The position numbers and the translations under genes are program-made. Source: a virus (Duplodnaviria; Caudoviricetes). From it: a stretch of DNA of 64,000 bases. The notes under the pieces were generated by a model. That model was not told where the DNA came from and ran no database searches. It was given only the letters and a program-made list of their open reading frames with translations. Shown in pieces: positions 1-9,478 of this stretch (position 1 is the stretch's first letter; each line of letters starts with the position of its first letter). The stretch lies in the IMG/VR virus record IMGVR_UViG_3300032007_000001, one strand, 5' to 3'.

Positions 1-324
1 TTTAGAAGTACCAGCAGTTGAACTACCTTCTAAAAATTCTCCGCCAGTTAAGTTAGGAAGATTGAAGGTTGTTTCTCCATTGCCAATCCCATATGTTGTA
101 CCAATAATAGAAAATAAATCACTATATGTTTTTCTAGATAGAGCGCTTCCATCACAAAAAAGAAAATTATTCGGAAGAGTATTCACATTCCCAATATATG
201 GAACTATAGTTCCTACAGGAACACTATCTAAATTTAAGTCTTTTATGTTTTCAGTTGTTATGTTTTTTACTACCTTAAATTTGGCAGTACCATACGTTAT
301 AATATCATCCAAATATGTTGACAT
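1..324 (-). CDS. Tail fibre protein with phage tail-collar domain (N-terminal part; runs off window)
   Basis: Not in ORF track. Manual translation MSTYLDDIITYGTAKFKVVKN...VPVGTIVPY...FLFCDGSALSRKTYSDLFSIIGTTYGIGNGETTFNLPNL is a collar motif; paralogue of 51372..52385. Confidence 0.85.
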   Translation of the reverse strand, partial: MSTYLDDIITYGTAKFKVVKNITTENIKDLNLDSVPVGTIVPYIGNVNTLPNNFLFCDGSALSRKTYSDLFSIIGTTYGIGNGETTFNLPNLTGGEFLEGSSTAGTSK

Positions 325-409
325 GCTATCACCAAAATCGTTTTAGTTATTCTAAATAAAAATAAAAAAAGCCAAACTAAAATGTTTGGCTCGAGTTTAT
401 ACATTATTC

Positions 410-862
410 TTAATATCCCATTTCTAAAAGATATTCTTTCTTTTTATACATTTTTGGATTTGAAAGAAATTGATTATATTCATTCTTAAAATCGTATTCT
501 TGTAAGAATTTGCAAAAGTATGTAGCAGCTTTATCAACGTATAATCTATATAATAATTCTTTTATTTGTTTGTTAAATTTATTTTCATATGAGAACTTAA
601 ATTTGTAATTATCGTCTTCATCTATAAAAATTTTAATGTTGTTCATATCATATCTGTCATAAAAAATCATTAAAAACAAAGCTGTTGGGTGTTGGTTATT
701 AAAATTTTTAAATTCAGCATTAATGCCAAAATGATTGAATAAAATCGATTGTTTCATTTTGAATTTATCAATACGAATAATTTCTTCTTCCAATATATTT
801 ATTAGAAATTTATGTTCAATTTTTTTCTTAAAGATTTCAAACATATCATAACCCCATGTCAA
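410..862 (-). CDS. Hypothetical protein, C-terminal G-Phi family (ends MGY); likely start 844
   Basis: ORF; C-terminal motif. Confidence 0.6.
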   Translation of the reverse strand: MTWGYDMFEIFKKKIEHKFLINILEEEIIRIDKFKMKQSILFNHFGINAEFKNFNNQHPTALFLMIFYDRYDMNNIKIFIDEDDNYKFKFSYENKFNKQIKELLYRLYVDKAATYFCKFLQEYDFKNEYNQFLSNPKMYKKKEYLLEMGY

Positions 863-1277
863 TCATAGACATTGATTGTATTTGTCGTTCATCCATGTTT
901 TTTAATGATTCATATAATTTCAAATAAGATTTTCCTTCTATAAAGTTTTTTAATGTTTTGACTTCTTCATATGAATATTTATCGCAAACTGAAATAAAAT
1001 TTTTTAAGTCTTTATTGAAGTATTTCATAGATTCATATTGGTCTGGTCTAAAATATGTAGCAGTTGCCAATAAATTATATGTAAAATTGTATTTATTTTT
1101 CTTAAATTCCATTATGACATATATCATAAATCCAATATCTTGATTATTAATTTCAAAACTTAATTCTTTTGTTTTTACATTATAGAACATATCACATTCA
1201 AAATATTTTGGCAAATCAAAAAAGTGTTTTGAATTCAAGATATATAGCAGATTCTTTTGTCTTATGTAATTTATCAT
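846..1277 (-). CDS. Hypothetical protein, C-terminal G-Phi family (ends MGL)
   Basis: ORF with AAGGA RBS. Confidence 0.65.
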   Translation of the reverse strand: MINYIRQKNLLYILNSKHFFDLPKYFECDMFYNVKTKELSFEINNQDIGFMIYVIMEFKKNKYNFTYNLLATATYFRPDQYESMKYFNKDLKNFISVCDKYSYEEVKTLKNFIEGKSYLKLYESLKNMDERQIQSMSMIDMGL

Positions 1278-1342
1278 AGTCTTGTCCTTATTTTTAATTT
1301 AGTAGTTATTTAATTATATAAAAATCATTAGGAAGTGTACAT

Positions 1343-1831
1343 ATGAATATTGTAAAAAATCGTTTAATGAAATTAGCTTCTATAGAAGAAGTAGAAAAAT
1401 ACATGAGTGACAATGGCTATACAAAAGAGGGTCAACATTATAAACAAGAATTTAAGGGATTAGTTGCCACTCCATATGTATCTGAAGTAACAGAGGCATT
1501 AAAAACGAATGATGTAAAATTTACTATGCAAGTAGACATTCAAAATGCTGGTGAACCAAATGAAGAAATTGATGATTTGAATAAAAGTGTAATCATGCAT
1601 GTTACTCATTTGATTGATGCAAGAGTTAATAAGATACATTATTCTATGGCTATAGAAGATACTTTTAACAACATAAAAGATGCTGTAGAAGAAATTAAAA
1701 AAATCACTAAAAATACTATTGACATCAATTACGCAAAAGATGATATTATTAAGTATATGAAGCAAAAGAAAATGTTAAAAGAAGAAACAATAGATAATTG
1801 CGTCAATGATAATTTCTATGCTTATATATGA
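1343..1831 (+). CDS. Hypothetical protein with MNIVKNRLMKLA leader
   Basis: ORF, RBS, followed by terminator. Confidence 0.7.
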   Translation: MNIVKNRLMKLASIEEVEKYMSDNGYTKEGQHYKQEFKGLVATPYVSEVTEALKTNDVKFTMQVDIQNAGEPNEEIDDLNKSVIMHVTHLIDARVNKIHYSMAIEDTFNNIKDAVEEIKKITKNTIDINYAKDDIIKYMKQKKMLKEETIDNCVNDNFYAYI

Positions 1832-1833
1832 TT

Positions 1834-1860
1834 AAAAGAGACCATATTGGTCTCTTTTTT
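1834..1860. terminator. Bidirectional intrinsic terminator
   Basis: AAAAGAGACC-ATATT-GGTCTCTTTTTT between convergent genes. Confidence 0.75.
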
Positions 1861-1944
1861 ATTTCTTCATTTCCACTATCATTATTTTTTTCATCATCAA
1901 AATGAAATAAAAAAATGATAGTAAATGAATACTATCACCATTTT

Positions 1945-2340
1945 TTATAATCCGTGTGTTGTTTTTAATATTTTTTTTGTTTGCTCTAAATTTAGATTAT
2001 CAAATATTTCATACCAATGATTGAAATCAATTGCATTAAATATTTCATCAAACAAATCATCATGTGAAAATATTTTTTTTGAATCTATAGGTATATGAAA
2101 AACTCTGCATTTTCTAGTATATCCTTCATTGTAACTATACGTTATTAAAAAATATTTATATTTTTTTGTTATCATTATTTCTTTATGGTCATTATTTAAT
2201 GAACGTATAACACAATCTGTTTTGTTTGAATAAAAATCTCTCCGTATGTAAAAATAAAAGTTTTTTACTAAAAAATCAGAATTTCTTGTTTGTTTTAAGA
2301 AACACAGATTTTGTCGTATAACGATAAAATTATTTGACAT
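1945..2340 (-). CDS. Hypothetical protein, G-Phi family (ends HGL)
   Basis: ORF directly after the PurA-like gene. Confidence 0.6.
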   Translation of the reverse strand: MSNNFIVIRQNLCFLKQTRNSDFLVKNFYFYIRRDFYSNKTDCVIRSLNNDHKEIMITKKYKYFLITYSYNEGYTRKCRVFHIPIDSKKIFSHDDLFDEIFNAIDFNHWYEIFDNLNLEQTKKILKTTHGL

Positions 2341-2343
2341 AAT

Positions 2344-3528
2344 TTATAGTTCCTTGCTAAGAATATCTAATGGATAAATTATTTTTTTATCTTCTATAAA
2401 ATCACTTTGCATTTCTTTTAAGTTAATGATTTGGTCATCGGGGATTTGCCAGTTGCCAGTCATTTTTTTATTTGTCGTATCCCACCAAGACACAAAGTAC
2501 ATTGGCTTATCTACATTAATATCGTTTTCAATATATTTCTTAAAGTCATTTTCTGTTCTTTCTTTTAATTTATCATCCATAATACTGCAACGAATACTTC
2601 CTTGCCAATCGTTGTTTATATTCGTTGTATCAAATCTTTTTACTATCTCCATGGCTTTTTCATTGAAAGTAGCATTAAATGGGCCGGCGCCATGTTTCGT
2701 CAAATATGTTCTTGTACAATACACAGGAATAGTCTTTTCTTTTTCAAGACCATTTCTTAAAATAATATTGATTGGATTAGTAGAGTCAGTTTTTGAAGGT
2801 GTAGTATGTGGATAGGATTCTTCGTTATCTTCATCAAGCAATAATCCCTGTGCATTTTCAAAAATAAAATTATCATAATCCTTAAATAAAGATTTTTCTT
2901 CTTTTATAAGATACACTTTAGGATTATTCAACGATTTATCCAATTCTTCATAAAAGTCATCCATAGCCAAAGCCAAATTTATATCTTTGAATTGTTCAGG
3001 TATTCTTCTATTTATTTCTATCATTGCTTGTTCAAACCCATAAAAGTGTTGAATCAAACTTTTCGTAAATTCTCTTCTTTGCGAAAATGACATTTTTTGC
3101 AGTGTTCCAATACTCATAGGAAGTCTTTGACTTCTTATTTTTGTCGCAAAAATGCCCATGCCGCAAGACCCATGTCTATCTTTTGAACGTATCGTTTCAA
3201 TAAGATGATTCATAAGAATGTCTATTGGTGTAGTGATTCTACATTTTTCATTAATAAAAACGTCTGGAGAATAAGTCTTTGATTTTTTTTCGTATTCATC
3301 ATTAAAAGAGAAAGGATTGAAAATGAATGTATTTGCTAAATACGTAGGAATTGGAGCAGAACACAACGAATGATGTATAAATCCATAACTCGTATGTCCA
3401 GCTTGACAACCGCCATTGTGTTTAATTCCAAGGACGTAGTGGGCTGCAAGATTGTCTTTTATATATCTAACTGCGCGCCCTTTTCCTTCATCACCGTAGT
3501 TACTTCCAATCACTATGTAATTGCTCAT
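2344..3528 (-). CDS. Adenylosuccinate synthetase-like protein (divergent PurA family)
   Basis: GSNYGDEGKG P-loop, GGCQAGHT, FENAQGLLLD, YPHTTPS, YLTKHGAGPF. Confidence 0.85.
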   Translation of the reverse strand: MSNYIVIGSNYGDEGKGRAVRYIKDNLAAHYVLGIKHNGGCQAGHTSYGFIHHSLCSAPIPTYLANTFIFNPFSFNDEYEKKSKTYSPDVFINEKCRITTPIDILMNHLIETIRSKDRHGSCGMGIFATKIRSQRLPMSIGTLQKMSFSQRREFTKSLIQHFYGFEQAMIEINRRIPEQFKDINLALAMDDFYEELDKSLNNPKVYLIKEEKSLFKDYDNFIFENAQGLLLDEDNEESYPHTTPSKTDSTNPINIILRNGLEKEKTIPVYCTRTYLTKHGAGPFNATFNEKAMEIVKRFDTTNINNDWQGSIRCSIMDDKLKERTENDFKKYIENDINVDKPMYFVSWWDTTNKKMTGNWQIPDDQIINLKEMQSDFIEDKKIIYPLDILSKEL

Positions 3529-3546
3529 TTTCAATCCTTCTTCCAA

Positions 3547-4473
3547 TTAGAATTCTACTAATTCATCATTTTTTTGATTGACATTTGCAATTGATTCTTC
3601 ATTATTTGCTAAATCTTTTACAGTCTTAAGAACAGTTAATGCTGTTGACTTATCATATTTTTCGAGAATATCATCCAATTTTTTGCCCATTTTCAATTCA
3701 AGCGTCGTTTCAATGACTTGCGGAATACGTTTGATATCTGAAATGAACATTGCTCTCTCACCAATTTTTTCCTGCCACGACCTAAGTGATTCTTTTCCCC
3801 AATGTCCATCTGCTACTATATGATAGATATCATAACTTTTTGATACTTCATTGAAGATATCATTAAAGATAATGTCATGGTTTACATCATCTCCAAAAAT
3901 GGCCTTAATATGACGTTGCGGTATGACATCCAAACATGGTTCATCGCCGATAGTATAAATGACGCCTTTTTGATTACGCTTATTCATGCAATCAATGTTT
4001 GTATGCCGTGCAGCAAAATAGTATAACAACAGATAACTTTCTCCATCATTTCCGCCGCCACCACCTTCAAACCAAATTTTATTCAAGCTTTCAGCAATGC
4101 GTATATCACTTTCAAATTGAGAAACCTGAAGCGGTGCAGAATCATAATAAGAATCTCCAATAGCTGCAATCATGATTTGTGGGTCCACAAGAGATTTATT
4201 ATTGTAAATTTCAGTGATAAGAGTATTGAGTGATTCTTTTGCTATTTCTTCAGCAAGATGTCCCATTGACCCAGTTACATCTAATCCAAGAATAATAGCA
4301 TTTGAATTTGGATGTTCATCGCTGTCAAGACTATCTCTCATCTTTACTCCAAGTGGGTCCATTGATTTGTCTAAAGAAGACGAATAAATTTCATCAACTG
4401 TAGACGTACTACTAATACCTCTCGAAGACTTGTAGCTATCCCAAGAACTACTTGACCAAGAACCATAACCCAT
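3547..4473 (-). CDS. vWA-domain protein
   Basis: MIDAS LDVTGSMG, AIGD, GGGGNDGESY, TIGDE. Confidence 0.8.
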   Translation of the reverse strand: MGYGSWSSSSWDSYKSSRGISSTSTVDEIYSSSLDKSMDPLGVKMRDSLDSDEHPNSNAIILGLDVTGSMGHLAEEIAKESLNTLITEIYNNKSLVDPQIMIAAIGDSYYDSAPLQVSQFESDIRIAESLNKIWFEGGGGGNDGESYLLLYYFAARHTNIDCMNKRNQKGVIYTIGDEPCLDVIPQRHIKAIFGDDVNHDIIFNDIFNEVSKSYDIYHIVADGHWGKESLRSWQEKIGERAMFISDIKRIPQVIETTLELKMGKKLDDILEKYDKSTALTVLKTVKDLANNEESIANVNQKNDELVEF

Positions 4474-4519
4474 AATAAAATCTCCTTTCTTTTATAAAAA
4501 GAAGCAATAATGCTTCAAG

Positions 4520-4885
4520 TTACCAAGTATTGCTTATGGTTTGAATTTCATTGCTTTTTGGAACGTAATTCTTTTTTGCTTCATTTTCTACTTCATCTAA
4601 ATCTATAAACAAAGCATTATTAAGATTTTTAATGTTTCTTATTGATTCATTAATATTATTTACAATAGTTAAAAATACAATATCTCTAAATTCTTTGTCT
4701 TTATAGCTTACTGATATTATATATCCATCTTCCAGGTTTTCTTTTTCTGTTAGTTTATTATAAAAATCAATGTAGCTAAGGTCTGAAAGCAATCCATCTC
4801 TTGTACCATTACGTTTTAAGAACATAAAATTATTTGTAGCATTTATGTAAATACCTCTATTTTTTGATTGAAGACCAATATCCAT
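4520..4885 (-). CDS. Hypothetical protein
   Basis: ORF with GGAGG RBS. Confidence 0.6.
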   Translation of the reverse strand: MDIGLQSKNRGIYINATNNFMFLKRNGTRDGLLSDLSYIDFYNKLTEKENLEDGYIISVSYKDKEFRDIVFLTIVNNINESIRNIKNLNNALFIDLDEVENEAKKNYVPKSNEIQTISNTW

Positions 4886-4897
4886 TGTTTTTCCTCC

Positions 4898-5923
4898 TTA
4901 ATCAATGTATGGGTCAACATCATCAATTTTAATGAATTCTCTATTTGGAAAGGTCTTGTCTCTTACTTTTTCCCATTCTTTTAATTCATCCAATAAATCC
5001 ATTTCAACTTCATTTGCTAACATGCCATAGTTTGATGAACCAGTTTTTGTTTGTGTATGCAATAAAAATTCTGTCATATCATATCCGCATATTTTATTCA
5101 ATTGATTAAAAGTGTTTGCTTGCAAAAGATTTCTAATAATAGCTTTTGAACATTCTACATCTGTTAAATAATTTGAAATCTTTTCGTCTTTTATCAATGG
5201 AGGAAGTAGGTTGAAAATTTCTTTTGACGTTCCAATCATTTTTTCTCCAGCTTCAGTACCAAATTGCCAACCTCCATATAAGCATACTCCATGTTTTGCT
5301 AAATTGACATAACAATTATTAATGCATATTCCGTTATGTACAAATCTGCTCATCCAAAACAATACGCAAAGGTTAAGCAAACGCGTAAGTACCCAAGCGG
5401 CATGTTCTTTTTGTTTGAAAATTTCTTTCACTAACATTAATGGATATTCGTCAACTTCTTTTTCCAACACGATATAAAAAATATTGTCAGCCGATTCAAA
5501 ATTGTCTATGATTTTAGGAATGAATTTTTCAAAATATTCTTTTTGACGATTGTCTTTGAAGTCAATATTATTTACAGAATTGATGTAATTATCATAATAT
5601 TTTTTTTGATTAAAAGAGAAAACAATAATTTTATCTCCAGCATAAGCATTTCCGACTTCAGTAGAATACGAATAACGATATTTTAACTGCATTTTTTTGT
5701 TTAACTTGTTTATGATAATAGAATGTTTGCTTTCTCCCCAAGAATTATTTTCAAAATGTTGTTTTGCTTCTTGATAGAACATATTCAACTTAAACATCAA
5801 TTGTTCTGCTTCTTCAGAATGATTGACATCCGGATGATATTCTTTTGCTAAATTCAAATATTCTTTCTTGAAATTCTCTTTTGAAAATATATCGCTATAT
5901 ATCTTAGCTTTTTCAAGATTCAT
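4898..5923 (-). CDS. J-domain (HPD) plus degenerate protein-kinase-like protein
   Basis: EYLNLAKEYHPDVN; VHNGICINN in place of the catalytic-loop HxD. Start moved to MNLEK after AAAGGAG and the promoter. Confidence 0.65.
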   Translation of the reverse strand: MNLEKAKIYSDIFSKENFKKEYLNLAKEYHPDVNHSEEAEQLMFKLNMFYQEAKQHFENNSWGESKHSIIINKLNKKMQLKYRYSYSTEVGNAYAGDKIIVFSFNQKKYYDNYINSVNNIDFKDNRQKEYFEKFIPKIIDNFESADNIFYIVLEKEVDEYPLMLVKEIFKQKEHAAWVLTRLLNLCVLFWMSRFVHNGICINNCYVNLAKHGVCLYGGWQFGTEAGEKMIGTSKEIFNLLPPLIKDEKISNYLTDVECSKAIIRNLLQANTFNQLNKICGYDMTEFLLHTQTKTGSSNYGMLANEVEMDLLDELKEWEKVRDKTFPNREFIKIDDVDPYID

Positions 5924-5949
5924 TCCTTCATCTCCTTTATATAAGAAGT

Positions 5950-5978
5950 ATTCTATATCAATGCAAATAAAAAGTAAA
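5950..5978 (-). promoter_or_regulatory. Sigma-A-like promoter TTTACT-17-TAGAAT
   Basis: Consensus match upstream of the J-kinase/vWA/PurA-like genes. Confidence 0.55.
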
Positions 5979-6019
5979 TAATGTATTACAAATAATGAAA
6001 AAATGGGCATTATGCCCAT

Positions 6020-6232
6020 TTAACTTAAATAATTAATTACATCTTGTACTGTTATCCAATTTAAGTCATTGTCTTTTATTGTAATATCATATTTTTCTTC
6101 TATGTCCATAGCTATTTCAGCTAAATCCAAAGAATCGAATCCTAAATCATCGATAAGAGAATCTTCATTCTTTATTTCTTCAGCGCTTAATTGGCTATGA
6201 TTGGATAAAAGTTCTTTTATTTCTTGCTCCAT
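6020..6232 (-). CDS. acpP: Acyl carrier protein
   Basis: 70 aa, acidic, DLGFDSLDLAEI phosphopantetheine site, TVQDVINY. Confidence 0.9.
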   Translation of the reverse strand: MEQEIKELLSNHSQLSAEEIKNEDSLIDDLGFDSLDLAEIAMDIEEKYDITIKDNDLNWITVQDVINYLS

Positions 6233-6250
6233 TTATTTTCACCTATTTCA

Positions 6251-6964
6251 TTACATATGATGTACTTTAAGATTTTCTCTACTTTCTTCTGTTTCTAATT
6301 CTTTGATTTTTTTGTCTATTAATTTTTCATCTTCTTTTGTTAAATGATTGATATATCCATTCTTAAATTTTTTTAATTCATCAATTGAATAAAAATCAAT
6401 ATTTTCCATGAGTTTTTCATGTACTTTATCATTAATAGCTTTTCTTAATTTATCTATTGCTTTATCAGATAATTCAAAACGATTTTCATCTTTGAATTTT
6501 GCAATATCTTCTGGTTCTTTTGCTGTTTGGATTACATTATCAATTTCTTTCTCGTTTTCTTCAACAGCTTTTTGCCATCTTTTATCTTCTTCTATTACTA
6601 TTTGTTCTAAATAGTCCATTCTTTCTTTATAATCTTTTAAGAAAGTATCTTTTGACGATTCATCCAACTTTTCTCCTCTTGGACGAAAACCATGTGCATC
6701 TTTGTAATAATCAGAATAACAATCATAGCAACTAGATACAGTAAAACCATTGTCAATCTTTTCAATGATTTTTGGAGAAGTTACTTCTTCTTTTGACATA
6801 TTAAGTGCTTTTGAAAGAAGTTCTGCATTATCCTTGACCCATTTTTCTGTACTAAAATTTTTATCATATACGTTAGGATAATCATCCCAGCTTATTTTTC
6901 CATGCAAACAAATATACCAATCTGCGTCGGCAAATTTTTGCAATCTTTTTTCAATTATATTCAT
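6251..6964 (-). CDS. Hypothetical protein with MNIIEKRLQKFA leader
   Basis: ORF, AAGGAG RBS; contains SDYYKDAHGFRPRG. Confidence 0.7.
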   Translation of the reverse strand: MNIIEKRLQKFADADWYICLHGKISWDDYPNVYDKNFSTEKWVKDNAELLSKALNMSKEEVTSPKIIEKIDNGFTVSSCYDCYSDYYKDAHGFRPRGEKLDESSKDTFLKDYKERMDYLEQIVIEEDKRWQKAVEENEKEIDNVIQTAKEPEDIAKFKDENRFELSDKAIDKLRKAINDKVHEKLMENIDFYSIDELKKFKNGYINHLTKEDEKLIDKKIKELETEESRENLKVHHM

Positions 6965-7120
6965 TATAGTATAACTCCTTGTTACATTCGTTTTTTATAA
7001 AATATTTTATTCAATAGAAAAAATTTAGTTACGATATTTTTTTTTGCATAAAATAAATTTATAAAGGTTTTTAAGCTATTAAATTTTTAGAAAAACATAC
7101 TCTTGTGAGGAATGATATAA

Positions 7121-7882
7121 ATGAGCGAATATAATATTGTACCAAGAACCAATGGTGATGGTAATATTGGTACACCAGCAAAAAAATGGAATGGAATATA
7201 TGCGAATTCAATAAATAAAGAAGCTTTGCCAAATGCAACATCAGAAAACAAGGGTGCTGTCGTAGTTGGTGACAATATAACAGTAAATAATGGAACAATT
7301 TCAATTACAGAAAGCGATGTAGTCGCTGCGCTTGGGTATTATCCAGCAACAAACAACGATATGCTTCAACCTTCTACAACTTATGCTGTTGGTGACCAAG
7401 TATATCATTCAAAATTTCAAAAAGGATTGTTATTAGAATGTATTCAAGCTGGAACTACATCAGCAGAAGAACCAGTGGAACTTGGTCATGCTCCAACATT
7501 GAATAGTAAAATGGTTGAACCTTCTACTACATATGCAGTTGGCGACCAAGTATATAGCAACCAACTTCCTTATGGAATGATGTTAGAATGTGTTCAAGCT
7601 GGGACAACTGATTCAAACGAATTGGATTTAACAGAATATATATTAACATTATCTGGAACAACAAATCAAACAATAACTTTAACATATACAGAACCTGGTG
7701 CAATGGCCGTAACTGTAACCAGCACATCTTCGGACCAAACGTTCTCTGTTCTTACTGGTACAACTTGGACGGCTAGTGTAACTGGTGCAACTGGTTATAC
7801 AGCTGGTGCGTTGTCTGCATCTTCTGGTACAGTGAGTGCAAATACCACGATTAGTGCAGAAGCAGCAACATTGAATAGTTAA
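7121..7882 (+). CDS. Tail/fibre-associated structural protein with two ~37-aa repeats
   Basis: IVPRTNGDGNIGT..KKW N-terminus; PSTTYAVGDQVY...LEC(I/V)QAGTT twice; Thr/Ser/Ala-rich C-terminus. Confidence 0.65.
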   Translation: MSEYNIVPRTNGDGNIGTPAKKWNGIYANSINKEALPNATSENKGAVVVGDNITVNNGTISITESDVVAALGYYPATNNDMLQPSTTYAVGDQVYHSKFQKGLLLECIQAGTTSAEEPVELGHAPTLNSKMVEPSTTYAVGDQVYSNQLPYGMMLECVQAGTTDSNELDLTEYILTLSGTTNQTITLTYTEPGAMAVTVTSTSSDQTFSVLTGTTWTASVTGATGYTAGALSASSGTVSANTTISAEAATLNS

Positions 7883-7898
7883 AAAATAAGGAGCTGTT

Positions 7899-8282
7899 AT
7901 GCTCCTTTATTTTGGTGATTTTATGAATGTAAAGGAATTATATAATCCGGAATACTTAAAATTTAAGAGTAGATATGAACAAATAAACAACAATGAAAAA
8001 TCTTTATTATGCAAGGATTGTAGATATTATAATGGAGAAATATCTATTGGAAATTTTAAGGCTTATGGTTGTAAATTAACTAATACTATTATTGTTGGTA
8101 CTGGTTGCGACTTAAAAAATAAAGATTTTTCAAATGAAAAAATATGTTATAATTGCAAACATTTTCTTGGTGGAAATGATTGGGGACTATCTTGTAAAAA
8201 AGATTATTATAAATTAGTTGGGTCGTTTGATGAAGCATGCAAAGATTTTTGTTTTGGTGATGATAAATGTCAATCAACTTAA
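7899..8282 (+). CDS. Cys-rich hypothetical protein (two CxxC...C modules)
   Basis: CKDCRYY...C; CYNCKHF...C. Confidence 0.6.
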   Translation: MLLYFGDFMNVKELYNPEYLKFKSRYEQINNNEKSLLCKDCRYYNGEISIGNFKAYGCKLTNTIIVGTGCDLKNKDFSNEKICYNCKHFLGGNDWGLSCKKDYYKLVGSFDEACKDFCFGDDKCQST

Positions 8283-8433
8283 ATGATATAATCAATTATG
8301 GAACATGTAAGTTCAAAGTTGTAAAATATGCAACTTTAGAAGATGTTAATCGTCTTCAAAATCAATTGAATAATTTATCTACAATTCCATACTCCAATGT
8401 AGAGTCAAAGTTTGGAAAATAGAAAAAATTTGA
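8267..8433 (+). pseudogene. Internally deleted tail-fibre gene remnant
   Basis: MSINLNDIINYGTCKFKVV (N-terminus of the 51372 fibre) joined out of frame to CRVKVWKIEKI (its C-terminus). Confidence 0.7.
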
Positions 8434-8494
8434 ATATAATTTAAGCAAACATGATAAATTAAATGTTTGCTTTTATTTTTGTTTTAGAAAATTT

Positions 8495-8842
8495 ATGAAA
8501 AGGATTTTTTATATGATGAACGAAAAATTGGAAATTGCTTTAGCAACATTTGTACATGTAGCCTATTTATTTTTTGGTGTTGGTTTCATATTTGTACCAG
8601 CAATTGTATATTTATTCTTTGGAGATGAAAGTGCATATGTGAAATTTCACGCAAAACAAGCGTTGAAAGTTCAATTTGCGCTAACTTTATCCATGGTTAT
8701 TCTTATAGCCGCATCATTCTTGGTTATCCCAATTATATTGTGGCCAGTATTCTTATTGGTTATTATTTTATATATTCCAACATCTATGTATGCTGCATAT
8801 AAAGCATTTAATTATCAAGAATATAGATACCCATTTTTATGA
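8495..8842 (+). CDS. DUF4870-like small membrane protein
   Basis: Three hydrophobic segments, HAKQAL, YRYPF. Confidence 0.7.
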   Translation: MKRIFYMMNEKLEIALATFVHVAYLFFGVGFIFVPAIVYLFFGDESAYVKFHAKQALKVQFALTLSMVILIAASFLVIPIILWPVFLLVIILYIPTSMYAAYKAFNYQEYRYPFL

Positions 8843-8850
8843 GGTAATGT

Positions 8851-9237
8851 ATGAGCAGATTAAATGACTTAAAAGAATGGTGCGCCACAACAGGAGAAGA
8901 AAAATTTCTTAAATTTATAAAAGATTATGATATGCATTATTATGAAGATTTTGAACTTGCATATCTAAAAAATGTTTCTACTCCAATAGACGAAAATAAT
9001 GATGAAAGCGAAACAATTGATGTAGAAGAACACAAAGATAGTTGGGCAAAAGAAAACAAATTAACACGCAATTCTAACAATATAGTTAGGATAAATAATA
9101 GATTTTATTTTTTTGCCACTAAAAACATGGCATTGAGGTTCATGTTCGAAGAATTTGTAAAAGAATATTCTCATAATATGAGAAAACTGTTTGAAATTAG
9201 AAAAGGTAGCATAACAAAACATTTAATTAAAAAATAA
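8851..9237 (+). CDS. Hypothetical protein (ends KHLIKK)
   Basis: ORF with GAGG RBS. Confidence 0.65.
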   Translation: MSRLNDLKEWCATTGEEKFLKFIKDYDMHYYEDFELAYLKNVSTPIDENNDESETIDVEEHKDSWAKENKLTRNSNNIVRINNRFYFFATKNMALRFMFEEFVKEYSHNMRKLFEIRKGSITKHLIKK

Positions 9238-9294
9238 AGTGCTATGTTGTATAAAAAAAGAATAACTTAAGGCCACTAAAAATTAGTGGCTCTT

Positions 9295-9478
9295 GTTTAT
9301 AATCAATACGTAAACGAACGATATTTTATTATCGATATAAATTTAATTTGAAAAATGAAGCTAGAGGGGGAAATACCTTATGGCAGTTGATTTGAGACGC
9401 CTCGACGCCAATGGCCTTAATTATTATTTTAAGGAAGTTGGTTTATTATATGACCAAAAATATGTTTCCAAAGATGAA
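9295..9478 (+). repeat. Imperfect direct repeat, copy 1 (upstream region plus first 33 codons)
   Basis: Aligns by eye with 20235..20411; identical peptide MAVDLRRLDANGLNYYFKEVGLLYDQKYVSKDE. Confidence 0.9.

Noticed and set aside
62-346. ORF 62..346 (+) and the many short opposite-strand ORFs in the track
   Set aside because: Antisense to well-supported genes; here the real gene is the minus-strand collar protein
2344-3528. PurZ (Z-genome) assignment
   Set aside because: Retains GDEGKG with Asp rather than the PurZ Ser; no DatZ/MazZ-like neighbours recognised
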